NCBI GenBank assembly: GCA_963722255.1 | Contig: CAVRJO010000001.1 | Location: 608,001-672,000 of the forward strand | Reading direction: 5' to 3' | Source of the DNA: Candidatus Babeliales bacterium | GTDB taxonomy: Bacteria > Babelota > Babeliae > Babelales > JANWKD01 | Length of the DNA: 64,000 bases | Part shown: positions 58,246 to 64,000 of the stretch, one piece after another | Numbering within the stretch: the first letter of the stretch is position 1 | Layout: each line of letters starts with the position of its first letter | The notes under the pieces: generated by a model | Databases searched by the model: none | The model's input: only the letters and a program-made list of their open reading frames with translations | Told to the model about the DNA's origin: nothing | Translations under genes and position numbers: made by a program

Positions 58246-60091
58246 ATGAAAATAAGCAATTCTATCAAAAAATTACTCTTATTTGCTATTTTACTTGGAA
58301 TCTTACCCGCACAGGCTGGATGGATGCCTCAATGGCTATCTCAACATTTACCTGAAATGAATATAAAAAATTCAGTTTTAATGGGCCTTAGTGCACTTAC
58401 ACTCACCGGCGCAGGCATAGCAACCTATCTTTGGTACCAAAAATATTATGCACCCAGAAAACAATTTAAAAAATTTGCATCCAGTAGAAGAAACAAAGGC
58501 AAAGAAAAAGAAATATATAATGAGCAGGATAATGACTTGTTTATACAATCTTTTGCTACATGGAAAACACAATGCGATCAATTAGAAGGCTACAAATTTC
58601 CAGAATTTCACCCACAGAAACAGATAATTCAGAAATGAAAGAAGGAGTGGATTCTCAACATTCTTGAAAATTATTGTGATCCGAGAAATATCCAGACAAA
58701 TATATCTGCACAAGATCTTGATAAAGCACTAACTACCTATTTTGAACTTCTTAATAACGATGAACAGAATTTTAAAAATCCAGAACATTGGGTAAATAAT
58801 GACCTACCTAGTGATCTCTTTAATTCACTCCAAGATAATAGTATGCCTACCTTTGATCCTTATGTTCAAAAATTAGTTTTAGATGAAAATTCTATCGTTG
58901 CCTTTCATGGTGATATTCATGGCGACGTTCATTCACTTAATGCATTTATTAATAAACTGCATGACGATGGCTATTTGAAAATTTCAAAATTACTCAACCC
59001 AATTTCTACATGGTATTTCTTGGCGATTATACTGATCGCGGTTGGTACGGGGCTGAAGTTATTTACACGATCCTTCAACTTAAATGCGCAAATCCTTCCC
59101 AAATGATTCTAGTACGCGGAAACCACGAAGATGCGGCACAAAATGATCCTCAAGCAGTATCTCCTGGTAATGCTAACAACTTTTTTGGTCAATTAGCAGT
59201 TAAGTTCCCGGATGATGCACAATATTTATTTGAAAAAATACAAAAAATGTACGAAACATTACCTCTTGCTTTATACCTTGGTTCAGGCGATGAAAACCAT
59301 AAAGATTTTATCATCTGCTGCCATGGTGGAATAGAACTAGGATTTGATCCTCAACAACTTCTCGGTCATCAACAATCAGTTTCATATACAAAACTTGGAG
59401 ATTTAGATAGATGGGCACAATTGCAGAAATATAAAAGACAACAAAAAATATTAGCATTTATTTAAACAAGCAAATAGCAAGATGAAACGATATATGACAC
59501 TCTCGAGAAAATATTAGCGTCAATTGGTAAATTCCGCATGACCCATATTTGAAAAAATTCAACCGGAAAGTATATTACTTATAAGAAAACATCATTTCAA
59601 ACAAGAAACGATGTAAATCTGTTTATTGGCTTCCAATGGAATGATTATGAAGTTGATCAAAACATGAAACTGGCAAAAACATTCCATGGTTTGTTAAAAA
59701 TGGGACAGGTCGTGGTTGGGCATTGGCAAAACATTTAACCATGCGGCTCTCAATTTACAAAGTAATCAACACACATCGTTCATGGTGTCTTTAGAGCACA
59801 TCAACACTCATACATATGCCCAAGACCCAATGATGCAAAGAATCTTTAATGCTGATAGGAAAGATCACATGGTCAATCGCGGCGTCGGCAAACTATGGAC
59901 TGAACAACGAGAACGATGAAGAAGATCCGCAAGCATTATGGGAAAATATTGTATGCACCTTTAACGTATGCCCGAATACGCCTTATAAAAATGCAGGATT
60001 TAATTTTGATACGTACGGTCTTTTACGCGTCGCTAGAGATTATTCAGATTGGCGTTTAGAAGTTATTCGACAAGAAATGTTTACCGAATAA
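58246..60091 (+). pseudogene. PPP-type metallophosphoesterase with signal peptide and TM; several frameshifts as assembled
   Basis: GDIHG, GDYTDRG, RGNHE and HGG appear in successive frames. Confidence 0.75.
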
Positions 60092-60108
60092 TGTGAATAT
60101 ACAGTTAC

Positions 60109-60152
60109 GCAGAGATGTTTTTTAAGTAACTTTAAGAAACATCTCTGCTTTT
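60109..60152. terminator. Hairpin between convergent genes
   Basis: GCAGAGATGTTT...AAACATCTCTGC. Confidence 0.65.
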
Positions 60153-60174
60153 GTTTACACTATTTACACAGGTA

Positions 60175-60711
60175 CTACCGATACTGATGCCAATTGGAAG
60201 AAAGTAGCTCGCAAGCTTCATAAAGAGGCAAACTAAATTGGGTGAGAACAATTTTTTCGTTACTCATTTTTTTAAAAAGTGCAAAAATCGTATTTTTTGT
60301 AGGCGCTGCTTTTAACGTAATGACTACTTTGTCAGGCATTCTAGGGCCTCCTTCAATAGCTTCAATAGTTTCAATCTCATGCCAAGGAATTACGCGATCA
60401 TCTGCTAAAAGCACTCCATCAGGCCTCATGCGCGCAACATAGCCTTTGCGTGCAAGAATGTACCATTCATACAACATTTTTATAAAATAGAAAATCATAC
60501 ATAACTGCAAAAAAAGCCAGTAAAAAGGTACCATAAAACTAGGTTTATATTTGGCTGAGTAGTTCATAACAAGCAATGGCCTTTGCGCATCAAACAGATT
60601 TATACTAAATCGCGTAAAGAGCGAATAGATCAGGATAGTTACAAAAAACAACCAAACAACACACCCGGTTCTTACTTTCCATTTCTTTATTTTAAGCTCA
60701 GTTGCTTGCAT
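60175..60711 (-). CDS. Hypothetical membrane protein (two TM helices plus a PH-like domain)
   Basis: Two hydrophobic segments, then IPWHEIETI. Confidence 0.65.
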   Translation of the reverse strand: MQATELKIKKWKVRTGCVVWLFFVTILIYSLFTRFSINLFDAQRPLLVMNYSAKYKPSFMVPFYWLFLQLCMIFYFIKMLYEWYILARKGYVARMRPDGVLLADDRVIPWHEIETIEAIEGGPRMPDKVVITLKAAPTKNTIFALFKKMSNEKIVLTQFSLPLYEACELLSSNWHQYR

Positions 60712-60725
60712 ATATCCTTCAATGT

Positions 60726-62042
60726 TTATCCAAAATAGTTCTTGATCATACCATATAACTCTATTACCGCATAAGCAGCAAGCGTAATAAATATTGGCTC
60801 AAGCATCATACGATAGCGACCACATCCATCAAATGCTGCTGCCAGCGTAATATAGCCAACATATGATCCCCAAAATAGGATTAAAAAATAGTTGCGCTTA
60901 TAAAGCAACAACAGAAGCGCATAACACAACAAAAAATAAAGAATAAAAAGCCAACACATCTCAAACAATGAAATTATTTGCAAGAATAATTGAGTCTGTT
61001 CCAAATTTAGTATAATTATAAAGACGCTCTAGCAAAGATGATCCTTGCACTGCAAAAAACGATAAACTACCACCAAGCAATGCTCTATTAAACATAACTT
61101 TTAAATGTGTTGAATAAAGCCCAAAAAATATCTTTATCATTCCTTCAATAACTGCGGAAACATACATAAACGGATATTTCTTAAAGCAATCGAAAAATAT
61201 CTGCGCAGAACGGTGTTCACGTTGCTTTTGGTCTTCGCTTGCATCAAGATAGCGCTGAATTTCATTACGTTCATTAGACTCTAAGCGAGGCATAATCCTT
61301 CGAGGAAAAAAATAATCAAATAAGTTACCCGTATGCAAGGTCGTAACCGCAAAATTACCAAACATACAATAGTTGTACATCATATAGCTGCTGAGCGGGA
61401 TGTAAAAAAAAAGCAAAAAAATAAGCACCATGCGCACATGATTTTTTAACGAACGACCATGAGCGCCCCAAACAAAAAAGGGCATAACAAGACCATAAAA
61501 TAATGCGACAGGCTTAACCATCACCGAAGAAACCAATAGCAGCGTTGCCACAATCAAATCTTTCAAATATCCCTTCTGAGAGAATAAAGCCATGGCATAT
61601 AAAAATCCACACAAGCATACTGCTAACAATATTTCTGCTAGAATAAGTTGCGTAAAAACCATAAAACCAATATTGCAATACAAGCGAGCATAAGCGCTAC
61701 AAGAGCAACCGGCAATCCAAATAAAAGAAGTGCAATTTTATAGATTAACCAAAAACAGACAAGGCTCAAAAGCCATTGTACAAAAAATACCCATGCTTGA
61801 TTTGGTGAAATAAACTTATAAACAAGTCCCATTAACCAATAATAACCGGCTGGATGCACGGGCATACCATATTTAGGATGCGCTAAGTGTCCGGTTTTTA
61901 CATACTCTCGGGCAATAAGCTCATACTCTTCCGAGTCAACTTCTTGATGCGCATCAAAATTCGATGCGGTGTAATATAAAAGAGATGAAAATAAAGTAAA
62001 AATCGATAAACTTAGAAATATAAAAAAATTTTTATGTAGCAT
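60726..62042 (-). pseudogene. ArnT/PMT-like (GT-C) glycosyltransferase in three frameshifted pieces
   Basis: DSEEYELIA, HPAGY, LAE...VKP, GRYRM and many TM segments across ORFs 61638..62042, 60961..61683 and 60726..61004. Confidence 0.7.
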
Positions 62043-62174
62043 ACTGCTCCTTTTTTAATGTGCTTCTATAATCTCCTAAAAGATACGTTACCAGATTTTT
62101 TTTGCAATAAAATCTAGGATTTATTTATTAGCAGTATTTTGCGTGCCCAAAATACTGCTAATAAATAAATTATT

Positions 62175-62218
62175 ATTAAAAGGAATTAGGGTTATAGGAA
62201 TTTTATAGCAGAAAAATA
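62175..62218. repeat. Inverted copy of the 44-bp repeat at 47259
   Basis: ATTAAAAGGAATTAGGGTTATAGGAATTTTATAGCAGAAAAATA. Confidence 0.8.
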
Positions 62219-62543
62219 CCTATACGGTATTTTTGCAAATTTTTTAAAATAAGGTATTCTTATTAAAGAATATTATAGAAAACATTCATGTTAATTTCTA
62301 ATATAAAATAAAAACAACGATAGCCTCATAATTCTGCTCATTAAAAGTTGACATTAAATATGTTACAAAATCTTCTTTACATTTATTCATTATTCTACTA
62401 TTTTTATTAAGAAAATATGAGTCTTGTACTGTAGGTCTTGATTCCATAAGCTCATTGTTTATAAGGTATAATACAGATAAAAATGAGTTCTATAATGTGT
62501 AGTAATTTTTATAACTTATTATCATTTTTAAACAGGAGGAACC

Positions 62544-62832
62544 ATGTTTGAAAAAATGAAACCACTCGGTGACAAAGCGTTAGTAAAGCGCATTGAACAT
62601 GAATCAAAAACACCTGGTGGACTTTACATCCCTGATGCAGCAAAAGAAAAAGGGCAAGAAGGCATCGTAATTGCAGTTGGGCCTGGTACGCGTTACATCT
62701 GAAGGAAAAGTTATTCCTATGACCCTTAAAGATGGCGATCGCGTCATTTTTGGTAAGTATTCGGGAACAGAAGTTGATGATAAATATTTAATCATCCGCG
62801 AAAGTGAAATTTTAGGAATCGTTGAACGATAA
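62544..62832 (+). CDS. groES: Co-chaperonin GroES with one extra base near 62688 (probable sequencing error)
   Basis: [20 protein letters not shown]...[12 protein letters not shown]...AVGPG, then [17 protein letters not shown]...[10 protein letters not shown]. Confidence 0.92.

Positions 62833-64000
<1,168 letters not shown>

Noticed and set aside
62122..62170. CIRCE/HrcA operator upstream of groES
   Set aside because: TTAGCA...TGCTAA matches only partly, the spacer is 16 rather than 9 nt, and it is part of a longer AT-rich hairpin far from groES
62680..62702. Programmed frameshift in groES
   Set aside because: No slippery sequence; lies in an indel-rich interval, so error is more likely

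Overview
AT-rich bacterial chromosome segment. Gene content and style (compact SecA, ftsQ-ftsA-ftsZ, an ankyrin protein, many signal-peptide orphans, eukaryote-like glyco-enzymes) suggest a host-associated protist endosymbiont, most likely Dependentiae/TM6 (inference, not a database result). 3.6-27.6 kb is a glycan-modification island: NodZ-like fucosyltransferases, GT2s, a GT47-like enzyme, a STELLO/DUF288 protein split into separate N- and C-domain genes, FkbM methyltransferases and a sulfotransferase, most with N-terminal signal peptides. The island is hit by a class IIC group II intron and four IS5-family elements. Next come tamB/pseudopilin/gspE, bamD-yraN-cdsA, and a plasticity zone (toxin-antitoxin pair, duplicated cdsA 3' end, nested palindromic repeats, yhcG remnant). 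The remainder holds hisS, a Cys-rich putative outer-membrane protein, galE, a tandem array of conserved-leader/variable-tail membrane proteins, an IS200-type element, secA, pgeF, an ankyrin protein, ftsZ/ftsA/ftsQ, a PPP-type phosphatase, an ArnT-like GT, groES and the start of groEL. Clustered single-base indels, even in groES, suggest that some frameshifts are consensus errors. No CRISPR array, rRNA or tRNA was seen.
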